Shown: positions 48,714-56,948 of the stretch, piece after piece | Layout of the letters: each line of letters begins with the position of its first letter | Position numbering within the stretch: the stretch's first letter is position 1 | Virus record (IMG/VR): IMGVR_UViG_3300022074_000002 | Reading direction: 5' to 3' (one strand) | DNA length: 64,000 bases | From: a virus | Made by a program: the position numbers and the translations under genes | Notes under the pieces: model-generated | Told to the model about the DNA's origin: nothing | What the model saw: the letters and a program-made list of their open reading frames with translations, nothing else | Database searches by the model: none

Positions 48714-49101
48714 GATAGAATTTGAACACAGTTGGGGTGGTAAAGAAACAACCTTACAAAAAATTAAGAAGTGGATCAATAAACAGAAACCACCTTTTAA
48801 TATTATTCTTAAATATCTTTTTTCATACATAGAAAAATGGTACTGGGATGGTAAAGTTCTACAAACTATGGCAGGAGTTGATCTAGAAACTAAAAAACTA
48901 CATGAACAATGGGATAAAGATGACAAACAAATCACCCCACACATCGTGGAGAAAGGAGTACTTGGAGATGAAGGCTGGTCTATCGAAATATCAAATCCAA
49001 TTGTTGAACGAGGGACCTCAACAACTAGCACAGGCATGGTTACTGGGAGCGATGCACAACGACTACAAGAAGATGAAGGGGATAAAGGAACCACCCTATA
49101 G
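48706..49101 (+). CDS. Hypothetical protein (3' end overlaps next ORF)
   Basis: Coupled to pebS; last 182 nt overlap ORF 48920-49153. Confidence 0.5.
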   Translation: MPKIEFEHSWGGKETTLQKIKKWINKQKPPFNIILKYLFSYIEKWYWDGKVLQTMAGVDLETKKLHEQWDKDDKQITPHIVEKGVLGDEGWSIEISNPIVERGTSTTSTGMVTGSDAQRLQEDEGDKGTTL

Positions 49102-49153
49102 AGAGTCAGGATATCAAACTACAATGAAGGAATTTTTTGCTCGATGGAAGTAA
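48920..49153 (+). CDS. Hypothetical protein
   Basis: WRKEYLEMKAGLS...QLAQAWLLGAMHNDY; coupled to pcyA. Confidence 0.6.
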   Translation: MTNKSPHTSWRKEYLEMKAGLSKYQIQLLNEGPQQLAQAWLLGAMHNDYKKMKGIKEPPYRESGYQTTMKEFFARWK

Positions 49154-49827
49154 TTGAAGATCTAATAAAAATAATACAGAAACATCAGAGGACTCTACCA
49201 AATGTAGAACCTCTTGATGTTGATTCTGAGTTTGAATCTGTACTACATGATACTGATGATGGCAAACTTGATATCAAAAATGAGATGTACTATTGTACTG
49301 GACTTAGGAAGGTGCATATAGAGATTGCTAAACTAGGTAATCTAAACATAGTACATTGTATATGGTATCCTGATCCAGAGTTTGACTTACCTATTTTTGG
49401 TGTAGATATAGTTGCAGTAAAAGATATAGTTAGTGCTGCCATCACAGACATATCTCCTGTAGATGGTCTTGAACATGATATCTTTGAAGACATAGAAGAC
49501 ATCAGTGACAGTTTTTATTTCCCACACGAGAGAGTTTTACCAGAATGGGGTGAAGTATTCTCACCATACTGTAAGTTTGCAAGACTAACCACAGATAAAG
49601 AGAAGAAAAATTTCTGTGATATTGTAGACCAGTACCTTGACATATTTGTTGGTGCTGTATGGGGTGCTACTAGAGATAGTTCTAGATCAGAACACAGATA
49701 CTTTGGACAGATAGAATACTGTCAACAACAAATGAAAAATGATAAGACTAAGAATATATTGATAAACTATTTTGGTAAGGAATGGGCAGAAAGATATATG
49801 ACAGAGGTCTTATTTGACGAACCATAA
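49144..49827 (+). CDS. pcyA: Phycocyanobilin:ferredoxin oxidoreductase PcyA
   Basis: LRKVHIE, VHCIWYP, LPIFGVDIV, LPEWGEVFS, QIEYCQQQMKNDKT, WAERYMTEVLFD. Confidence 0.88.
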   Translation: MEVIEDLIKIIQKHQRTLPNVEPLDVDSEFESVLHDTDDGKLDIKNEMYYCTGLRKVHIEIAKLGNLNIVHCIWYPDPEFDLPIFGVDIVAVKDIVSAAITDISPVDGLEHDIFEDIEDISDSFYFPHERVLPEWGEVFSPYCKFARLTTDKEKKNFCDIVDQYLDIFVGAVWGATRDSSRSEHRYFGQIEYCQQQMKNDKTKNILINYFGKEWAERYMTEVLFDEP

Positions 49828-49852
49828 ATATTAGGAGACTTGTTATGACAAC

Positions 49853-50275
49853 GTGGCAGAGTACACAAACCCGTGGATTTATAAAGGCAATATTTTTGAT
49901 TCTGATGACATCGGCGATCACTATGGGTTCGTCTATTGCATCACCAACACCATCAATGGGAAGTCCTACATCGGAAGAAAGTACTTCGTGCAAAAAAGAA
50001 AACCCAGAGGAGGAAAGCGAAGAGTTACAAGCGAGTCAAACTGGAAACGATATTTTGGAAGCTCTGACGAACTTAAACAAGATATTAGAACAATGGGAGA
50101 AGAGAATTTCCGAAGAGAAATCCTCTCGCTCCATCCAACAGTCGGAAAAACAAACTACGCAGAGACAAGACAACTCTTTTTAAATGATGTCCTGACAAAG
50201 AGGTTGACAGATGGCACTCCTGCCTATTATAATAGTAACATCTTAGGAAGATACTATAGAAAAGATTATTTTTAA
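49853..50275 (+). CDS. GIY-YIG family nuclease
   Basis: GFVYCITNTINGKSYIGRK, YFGSS. Confidence 0.8.
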   Translation: MAEYTNPWIYKGNIFDSDDIGDHYGFVYCITNTINGKSYIGRKYFVQKRKPRGGKRRVTSESNWKRYFGSSDELKQDIRTMGEENFRREILSLHPTVGKTNYAETRQLFLNDVLTKRLTDGTPAYYNSNILGRYYRKDYF

Positions 50276-50280
50276 ATATT

Positions 50281-50928
50281 ATGCAAATTTTTCTAGACAC
50301 TGCTGATATCAATGCAATAGAAGAACGATACGACAGTGGAATAGTTGCGGGTGTAACAACTAACCCGACACTTGTTGCAAATCAAGGAATCAATTACCTA
50401 GAATTAATACAAGATATTGCAGAAGCATTTCCTGAGATGGAAAGTATATCTGCAGAGGTCAAAGGTGACACAGCAGCAGAGATGATAGATGATGCTGCAA
50501 AGTATCGTGACATTAGCGAAGCAGTAACTATCAAGTTACCTATGACAAAGGAAGGAATCAAAGCATGTAAGTATTTTAGTGATGTTGGTGTCAAGACTAA
50601 CGTGACTCTTTGTTTCTCAGTAGCACAAGCAGCAATGGCAGGAATGGCAGGAGCAACATACATCTCACCATTTGTAGGTCGTCTTAATGACAACTCATTT
50701 AGTGGTGTAGAATTAGTTCGTGGCATTGCTGATTTGTATTGCACACAAGCAATAAAAACAAAAGTCCTCGCTGCTAGTTTACGTGATGTACATCATGTAT
50801 CTCGCTGCTTCCTTTATGGTGCAAAGGTTTGTACCCTACCTGTAAAAATATTTGATAAAATGTATGACCATGTTCTTACTCGTGAAGGACTAGATATATT
50901 TGACAAAGATTTTAAACGCATGGTATAA
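50281..50928 (+). CDS. talC: Transaldolase (TalC/MipB type)
   Basis: FLDTAD, GVTTNPT, IKLP, TNVTLCFS, YISPFVGR, LAASLR. Confidence 0.96.
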   Translation: MQIFLDTADINAIEERYDSGIVAGVTTNPTLVANQGINYLELIQDIAEAFPEMESISAEVKGDTAAEMIDDAAKYRDISEAVTIKLPMTKEGIKACKYFSDVGVKTNVTLCFSVAQAAMAGMAGATYISPFVGRLNDNSFSGVELVRGIADLYCTQAIKTKVLAASLRDVHHVSRCFLYGAKVCTLPVKIFDKMYDHVLTREGLDIFDKDFKRMV

Positions 50929-51173
50929 TGTTTACTGTATACTCTAAACAAGGGTGTCCTTTCTGTGAAAAATTTAAACAAATTTTAGAACTAGAAGGAT
51001 TGCCTAGTCTGATATTAGATTTGAATACAGACTATTCGTACGATGAATTCTATGAATTATTTGGAGAAGGATCTACCTTTCCACAAGTAATCATGGATGA
51101 CATACCTTTAGGAGGTTGTCAAGATTCATTAAGATACATGCAAGAAAATAATTTATGCTGTGAAATATCATGA
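50928..51173 (+). CDS. nrdC: Glutaredoxin (NrdC-like)
   Basis: CPFC, TFPQV, GGCQD. Confidence 0.88.
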   Translation: MFTVYSKQGCPFCEKFKQILELEGLPSLILDLNTDYSYDEFYELFGEGSTFPQVIMDDIPLGGCQDSLRYMQENNLCCEIS

Positions 51174-51352
51174 CAGAAGCATTAGAAATTACAAAAGAAG
51201 AATTTGATACTAACAAAGATGATTACCTTGATCGTGTAGAGAAAGGAGAGATTATTATTGTTAGACATCCTGATGGACGAGCAGTTCTTGCTATTCCAGA
51301 ACAGTGGGATGAAGACTTAATAAATTTATGGAACCATGATGACGGAGCATGA
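51170..51352 (+). CDS. Phd/YefM-like small protein
   Basis: EFDTNKDDYLDRVEKGEIIIVRHPDGRAVLAIP resembles the Phd N-terminal pattern. Confidence 0.5.
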   Translation: MTEALEITKEEFDTNKDDYLDRVEKGEIIIVRHPDGRAVLAIPEQWDEDLINLWNHDDGA

Positions 51353-52386
51353 TTAAAATTATAGAATCAATAGCACAGAAAGAACTCTACATGGGTTATA
51401 TCTTTGGTATTATGATAATAGGCGGTTACATCAGACAGTATCATGTACTTGATGATGTATATTCATTAGCAAAAAGATATGTAAAAGATGCTCGCATCAT
51501 GATTATTATTACATCATTGATAGGAGGAGTCTTACCAATACCTGGTAGAGTTGCATTGTCAGCACCACTATTGGATGCTATTGCACCACCTGATAAAAAG
51601 AAAAGAAGTGAGTTTGGTATTATAGATTATCTTTCTACACATCATTACTATTGGTGGTCACCATTAGAGAAGACAATCATTCTTCCTATGGCAGCACTAG
51701 GTATAACTTATGGAGAGATGCTAAGTTATACTTTTCCTTTTCTACTCGTATGCATTGGATACACTTGGTGGTATATCTTTACCAAAGTAAATCCTAGAAG
51801 TGTCATACCTGACATGAGTAACATCAGAGATTTTGATTGGAAGAGAGCATTAAAAGGTTGGGCACCATTCATAGCAACAATATGGTTCTTGTTATGTGTG
51901 GGTAAAGCAGGAGCAATCCTATTCTTTCCTTGGTTTGCTGCTATGTGTTGTTACTATGCATGGTTATGTAAGGATTGGAACTGGGGCAAGTATATTAATA
52001 AACAGTTTGCAATTATATCTACAATAGTTTTAGCACTAGGTGGTGTGGTAGGATTGATTAAAGAACCAGTTATGGTATATCTTAAATCTGCAACACCAGA
52101 AATGATTATACCTGTAACTATTGTATCCATGGTAGCAGCATGGATCATGGGATCATCAGGTAAGTATGCAGGAATGACATCAGCACTTGTGTTGATCTTT
52201 GGTCCTCAATATCTTACATGGTTTCTTGCTACAGAATACTCAGGGTACTTATTATCTCCTGCACATAAATGTTTAATGATAGGTCAACAATATTTTGGTA
52301 CACCAATTCGTAAATATTATGTTGTCTTAGGACGAATGTGTGCTATACTAATAGTATTAGCATTTATTGGCACCTTTTTACCATGA
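51349..52386 (+). CDS. Polytopic membrane protein, ion-transporter (IT) superfamily / DUF401-like
   Basis: About 9-10 hydrophobic helices; GGVLPIPG, HHYYWWSP, GYLLSPAHKCL motifs. Confidence 0.7.
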   Translation: MIKIIESIAQKELYMGYIFGIMIIGGYIRQYHVLDDVYSLAKRYVKDARIMIIITSLIGGVLPIPGRVALSAPLLDAIAPPDKKKRSEFGIIDYLSTHHYYWWSPLEKTIILPMAALGITYGEMLSYTFPFLLVCIGYTWWYIFTKVNPRSVIPDMSNIRDFDWKRALKGWAPFIATIWFLLCVGKAGAILFFPWFAAMCCYYAWLCKDWNWGKYINKQFAIISTIVLALGGVVGLIKEPVMVYLKSATPEMIIPVTIVSMVAAWIMGSSGKYAGMTSALVLIFGPQYLTWFLATEYSGYLLSPAHKCLMIGQQYFGTPIRKYYVVLGRMCAILIVLAFIGTFLP

Positions 52387-52643
52387 AACTTGAAGTGATC
52401 TTAGAACGCTATCCGTACAGGTATGTACAGTTTGGCAAACTAAAAACTGGTTATCCAGATTTTAGAATACAGAAGTTCAATGAATGGACACGAAGATACA
52501 ATGACATGTACTTGCTAGATAGTCAAGCACAACTAGATTGTTGTATAGAAGACCACGAATATACTAAGTGGTTAGACCCTGACCCAGAAGTTGCTGCCTA
52601 TGGTGGCAGAAAAGATACAGTTACATCCCCTTACACATCATGA
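52383..52643 (+). CDS. Hypothetical protein
   Basis: Start set at ATG 52383 (ATGA overlap); LERYPYRYV...YTKWLDPDP. Confidence 0.7.
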   Translation: MKLEVILERYPYRYVQFGKLKTGYPDFRIQKFNEWTRRYNDMYLLDSQAQLDCCIEDHEYTKWLDPDPEVAAYGGRKDTVTSPYTS

Positions 52644-52954
52644 GCGTAAAATCAAACGTAGAACGTGCTGAATCAGCAATGAGAAAGGCACTAATCAATG
52701 CTCTCGCAGAGGGAGAAGATCAACATCTATGTGAACTATTTGAAATGCTAATGGCATTACGTGACTTAAAATCACAAGTCAATAACACTATTAGATTCAC
52801 TGACAATACACAGCAGTATTATAATAGAGAAAGTGAATTTAATCTAGACATTAGTTCACATGATAATGTTATACAGTTTCCTACTAAACATGGAGGAGAT
52901 TTAGATGCACTGGATGATATTGAAATCAACACAGATGGAGACGAAGAGGGTTGA
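52640..52954 (+). CDS. Hypothetical acidic protein
   Basis: ATGA-coupled ORF. Confidence 0.65.
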   Translation: MSVKSNVERAESAMRKALINALAEGEDQHLCELFEMLMALRDLKSQVNNTIRFTDNTQQYYNRESEFNLDISSHDNVIQFPTKHGGDLDALDDIEINTDGDEEG

Positions 52955-52968
52955 CACCCTCTTTTTTT
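52944..52968 (+). terminator. Intrinsic terminator overlapping a -35 box and a stop codon
   Basis: AAGAGGGT-TGAC-ACCCTCTT 8-bp stem followed by a T run. Confidence 0.8.
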
Positions 52969-52978
52969 ATGCTATAGT
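52951..52978 (+). promoter_or_regulatory. Sigma70-type promoter for the ncRNA
   Basis: TTGACA-N16-TATAGT with TGn extension. Confidence 0.75.
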
Positions 52979-52984
52979 ATATTT

Positions 52985-53166
52985 GTTGGACGCAACGTTG
53001 GGAGTGACTGAATAAACTTACTGGCAACCGCTAGTTAAGGTGATGAGACACAGGTGGTGCTGCTACGAAAGTAGAACCGACTCAACCAGTCGGGTCTCAG
53101 GCAAGAAGGTTTTTACTCTGTAGTAATGCCCCTTCTTTGTTGGTATACAGGATTCCAACCTCCCTC
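52985..53166 (+). ncRNA. manA RNA: manA-class structured ncRNA
   Basis: GGGAGTGACTGAATAA...GGTGGTGCTGC signature recalled for manA; closing GGGAG/CTCCC, stems GAGAC/GTCTC, CTAC-GAAA-GTAG, CCGACT/AGTCGG, AGAAGG/CCTTCT, pseudoknot CTGTA/TACAG. Confidence 0.82.
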
Positions 53167-53234
53167 TTTATTTTTTAAAGACCTAAGATGCAACTGAGAA
53201 GTGGGGCAGATGGTCTTTTTTTATTGTGAATGTG

Positions 53235-53687
53235 ATGGACATAGACGAGATACAAGCACATAAGTATCCTTTCGCACAGGACATAAATCCAGATCTTCAT
53301 AGAGTCATTTGTGAGAATAGTGTTACCGAAGATAAGGGAGCATTGATGACTCAGTGGAATTGTTTTGATGTAGAAGAGTTTAATGTTATCGCAGACTATG
53401 CGAAGAGTTTAATTGATAGACCTACTAAATTGGTAGATCTATGGGGTCAAGTGTATCAGTATGGACACTATCAGAGTTATCATAATCATATTCATAACGA
53501 TTGGGCATTCGTATACTACGTGAATACACCATATGGATCTTCACCTATTGTATTCAGAACAAGTAACAAAAGAATTAAACCTATAACTGGGATGTTGATA
53601 TTATTTCCTGGTTATATGGATCATTATGTACCTCCTAATAAGGGAGAAGGTAGAAGTATCGTAGCGGGAAATTTAGTATACACATAA
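53235..53687 (+). CDS. 2OG-Fe(II) oxygenase-like protein
   Basis: WGQVY, YHNH, FVYYV, GMLILFPGYMDHYV, RSIVAGN; alternative GTG start at 53226. Confidence 0.78.
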   Translation: MDIDEIQAHKYPFAQDINPDLHRVICENSVTEDKGALMTQWNCFDVEEFNVIADYAKSLIDRPTKLVDLWGQVYQYGHYQSYHNHIHNDWAFVYYVNTPYGSSPIVFRTSNKRIKPITGMLILFPGYMDHYVPPNKGEGRSIVAGNLVYT

Positions 53688-53690
53688 ATA
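53684..53690 (+). promoter_or_regulatory. Late promoter (ATAAATA)
   Basis: Overlaps the upstream stop, precedes the fibre cluster. Confidence 0.65.
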
Positions 53691-53727
53691 CTTCTAGCTT
53701 AGAGAAAGTGTCTGTAGGACTAGAAGT

Positions 53728-55872
53728 ATGTCAAAAATTCTTGCAAATGAAATTGCTAATTACGGTGATGACTCACCGATAGATCTGAAGGAGGGTCTGA
53801 ATATCCCTGCTGGAAAACCAATACAGACAGCAGGATCGTCTGGTACTACAGGACAAGTCCTGTCTACTACAGGTACTACAGTGCAATGGGTAACACCATT
53901 TAGTGGAAGTTATAATGACTTATCTAATAGACCAACTATTCCTGCAGCACAGGTAAACTCTGATTGGAATGCTTCGAGTGGTGCTGCTGTAATCTTAAAC
54001 AAACCAGTAGTTCCTCCTCAATCAAGTGTCACTACAGCATCTGTAGGAACTGCTGCTCTATCATACAACAGTGGTAATGGAGAGTTTACATTCACTCCTC
54101 CAGATCTTTCATCATACGCTACAGAAACATACGTAACTACTAGAGGATACTTAACATCATATACAGAAACTGATCCTGTATTCTCTGCATCTGCTGCATC
54201 TAATGTAACTACTGCAAAAATTTCTAACTGGGATACATCATACAGTTGGGGTAATCATGCTTCTGTAGGATACTTAACTATGGAGTCTGATACTCTACAG
54301 ACAGTTGTTAGTAGAGGTAATACAAGTACAAGTCCAGCATACTTTACAGCAAAATTACAATATAGTAATGCGTTTGTAGCAGCAGATATTACTTCATCTC
54401 TTGCTACAACTTATGATGGTTTCTTTTTAAAGAATACTACTGATGGTAATGCATACTATTCACACAATACTGCATGGAAAAAATTATTAAATGAAGATTC
54501 AATCCTTGATAATCTATCTGATGTAGATCTATCTGTTGCACCTACAAATGGACAGGTTCTTAAATGGGATTCTGGTACATCAAGATGGAAAGCAGCAAAT
54601 GATTTAACAGGTGGTGGTGGAGGAGGTCTTTCACTATCAGATCTTTCTGTTCAATCATCAACAGCAGCAGGAGGAGGTACTCTTGTATACAATAATGGTA
54701 GTGGTGTATTTACATATACTCCACCAGATCTTAGTAGTTACATAACATCACTAGGAGATGCTATTCGTGATGCTGATTTCACAACCAGTGGTTTGATGAA
54801 GAGATCTAGTGCTGGAGTTTATACATCAACTACAGATAATAGTTCTAACTGGGACTCAGCATTTGGATGGGGTAACCATGCATCACAAGGATATCTAACA
54901 CAACTTCCTGTTCATGGACTAGGAGTTCATACTGGTGTAACTCTTACTAATGAAACAGCAGGAGACTTGTTACAATATAGTGGTACACAATGGGTTAACT
55001 GGACACCAAACTATCTTACATCAGAAACAGATACACTACAATCTGTAATTGATAGAGGTAATACTGTTACAGGGAAAGATATAAATTTTGGAGAATATGC
55101 AGCAAATGCTCCAAAGATTACATATGATGATTCTGACCATTTACTTTGGTTTAAAAAACAAACTGCTGGTGGTGCTTCTGCTAAAATCTGGTTAGGGAGT
55201 GGAGTAAGTTTTGATAATCTTGAACTTAAACAAACCTATACGAACGGTGGTCAATCAGAAATTACTGCATATAATTCAGACTTATTTTTATCAACTCAAT
55301 CTACTGGTAAAAATATTAAGATACAAAGTGGCAACGATATCTATATTAGTAACGGTGGTTATGATGCTATTAAAGTTCTAGAAAATGGTGTTAACAATGG
55401 TGCTGCTTTAAGTGTTGAACTTTACTGGGGAACAGGAGCAGGAAGTAAAAAATTAGAAACAACTACCAATGGAGTTACCGTATCAGGAGCGTTGACTGCT
55501 GGTGGTTTGACCTATCCAACAGTTAATGGTACAAATGGTCAGGTATTGACGAGTGATGGAGCTGGTAACGTAGCATGGGGAGTTGGCGGTGGTGGAGGTG
55601 CTAGTGTAACTATAAGTGACACACCTCCAGCAGCATCTGCTGGTGACCTATGGTGGGAAAGTGACAGTGGACGTCTAAAAATTTACTATCAAGATGTTGA
55701 TAGTTCACAGTGGGTTGATGTAGCACCACCACTTGCACCAGCGTTATCCTCAAACGCCCCTGCTACTGCTAGTTCTACTGGTACTGCGGGTGATATTAGA
55801 TATGATTCTGGTTATGTATACATTGCTGTTGCAACTAATACTTGGAAAAGAGCAGCACTAACAACTTGGTAA
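53728..55872 (+). CDS. Tail fibre-like structural protein
   Basis: Gly/Ser/Thr-rich; repeated TPPDLSSY, WGNHAS, DTLQxV..RGNT; GQVLT and GDLWWESDSG modules. Confidence 0.8.
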   Translation: MSKILANEIANYGDDSPIDLKEGLNIPAGKPIQTAGSSGTTGQVLSTTGTTVQWVTPFSGSYNDLSNRPTIPAAQVNSDWNASSGAAVILNKPVVPPQSSVTTASVGTAALSYNSGNGEFTFTPPDLSSYATETYVTTRGYLTSYTETDPVFSASAASNVTTAKISNWDTSYSWGNHASVGYLTMESDTLQTVVSRGNTSTSPAYFTAKLQYSNAFVAADITSSLATTYDGFFLKNTTDGNAYYSHNTAWKKLLNEDSILDNLSDVDLSVAPTNGQVLKWDSGTSRWKAANDLTGGGGGGLSLSDLSVQSSTAAGGGTLVYNNGSGVFTYTPPDLSSYITSLGDAIRDADFTTSGLMKRSSAGVYTSTTDNSSNWDSAFGWGNHASQGYLTQLPVHGLGVHTGVTLTNETAGDLLQYSGTQWVNWTPNYLTSETDTLQSVIDRGNTVTGKDINFGEYAANAPKITYDDSDHLLWFKKQTAGGASAKIWLGSGVSFDNLELKQTYTNGGQSEITAYNSDLFLSTQSTGKNIKIQSGNDIYISNGGYDAIKVLENGVNNGAALSVELYWGTGAGSKKLETTTNGVTVSGALTAGGLTYPTVNGTNGQVLTSDGAGNVAWGVGGGGGASVTISDTPPAASAGDLWWESDSGRLKIYYQDVDSSQWVDVAPPLAPALSSNAPATASSTGTAGDIRYDSGYVYIAVATNTWKRAALTTW

Positions 55873-55873
55873 A

Positions 55874-55880
55874 ATAAATA
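55874..55880 (+). promoter_or_regulatory. Late promoter (ATAAATA)
   Basis: Intergenic, before 55904. Confidence 0.55.
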
Positions 55881-55903
55881 AAACATAAGGAGCATACTGA
55901 GCA

Positions 55904-56947
55904 ATGGCAATTAATTTTCCCGCAACGGGAGGGCAAGCAACTGACGGAACTTTTACATACACTGTAGCAGGGATAACATACGCATGGAATGGATCATCGT
56001 GGGCAGCTGCAGGAGCTGGTGCGAGTGCTACTAATAGATCATTGTTTAGTGTCACTACTAACTCTTCTTCTGGTGGTGGAGCATTAAGTTATGATCAGAA
56101 CAGTGGAGGATTTACATACACACCTCCAGATTTATCTGCGTTTATTACAGGAGAATCAGATACACTGGCAACAGTAACTGGAAGAGGTAACACAACAACT
56201 CAAACAATTGAAACTACTCTTGGTAGTTTTAAATGTCAGATTGGTAATGGTAATCAAGGATTTTATCTTTATAATGGTGCTTCAACACATGCATCTTTTC
56301 ATTGGAGTAGTTCTGCAAGTGGAAATTATTTTAGAGGTGATGCTGGTGGTAATCATCCATTCATTATGCAGGACTTTTCAAGTGTTAGTATAAATCCTGG
56401 CACTTCTGGTGTTAATTTAAGTTACGGTGGAAGTTATAAATTTTCCACTACTAATACTGGTGTAACAATTACGGGAGCGTTGACTGCTGGTGGCAATACT
56501 TATCCAACAACCAACGGGACTAGTGGACAGGTCTTGACTACTGATGGTGCAGGATCTGTAACATGGGAAACTGCTGCAGGATCAAGAACTACTGCAGTCG
56601 TAACAGTTAACATTGCAAACGAAGCTGTATCTAACACATCATTTACAACTCCCAAAACATATGCTCTTCTAAAAGTATCAACATCTCATGCTGCATGGGT
56701 AACATTATACAGTGATACTGGTAGTAGAACTGCTGATGCATCAAGAGGAATAAATGTAGATCCTTTACCAGGTTCTGGTGTTCTATCTGAAGTAATTACT
56801 ACTGGTAACCAAATACAATTAATTACACCTGGCACAATATGTTTTAACTCTGCTGGTACAGGAACCACATACGCAAAGATAGTTAATAAATCAGGATCAA
56901 CAGCGAACATAACAGTAACACTTACATACGTTGTATTGGAGAGTTAA
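55904..56947 (+). CDS. Tail fibre-like structural protein
   Basis: MAINFP start; shares TPPDLS, DTLAxV..RGNT and ALTAGGxTYP..GQVLT modules with the upstream gene. Confidence 0.78.
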   Translation: MAINFPATGGQATDGTFTYTVAGITYAWNGSSWAAAGAGASATNRSLFSVTTNSSSGGGALSYDQNSGGFTYTPPDLSAFITGESDTLATVTGRGNTTTQTIETTLGSFKCQIGNGNQGFYLYNGASTHASFHWSSSASGNYFRGDAGGNHPFIMQDFSSVSINPGTSGVNLSYGGSYKFSTTNTGVTITGALTAGGNTYPTTNGTSGQVLTTDGAGSVTWETAAGSRTTAVVTVNIANEAVSNTSFTTPKTYALLKVSTSHAAWVTLYSDTGSRTADASRGINVDPLPGSGVLSEVITTGNQIQLITPGTICFNSAGTGTTYAKIVNKSGSTANITVTLTYVVLES

Positions 56948-56948
56948 T

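Noticed and set aside
49853-50275. GIY-YIG gene as a recently inserted mobile element
   Set aside because: Short, lacks a C-terminal DNA-binding extension and shows no compositional anomaly; more likely a resident nuclease
52955-53234. tRNA genes or CRISPR array in the only sizeable non-coding gap
   Set aside because: No cloverleaf/TPsiC signature and no repeat-spacer periodicity seen here or elsewhere in the window
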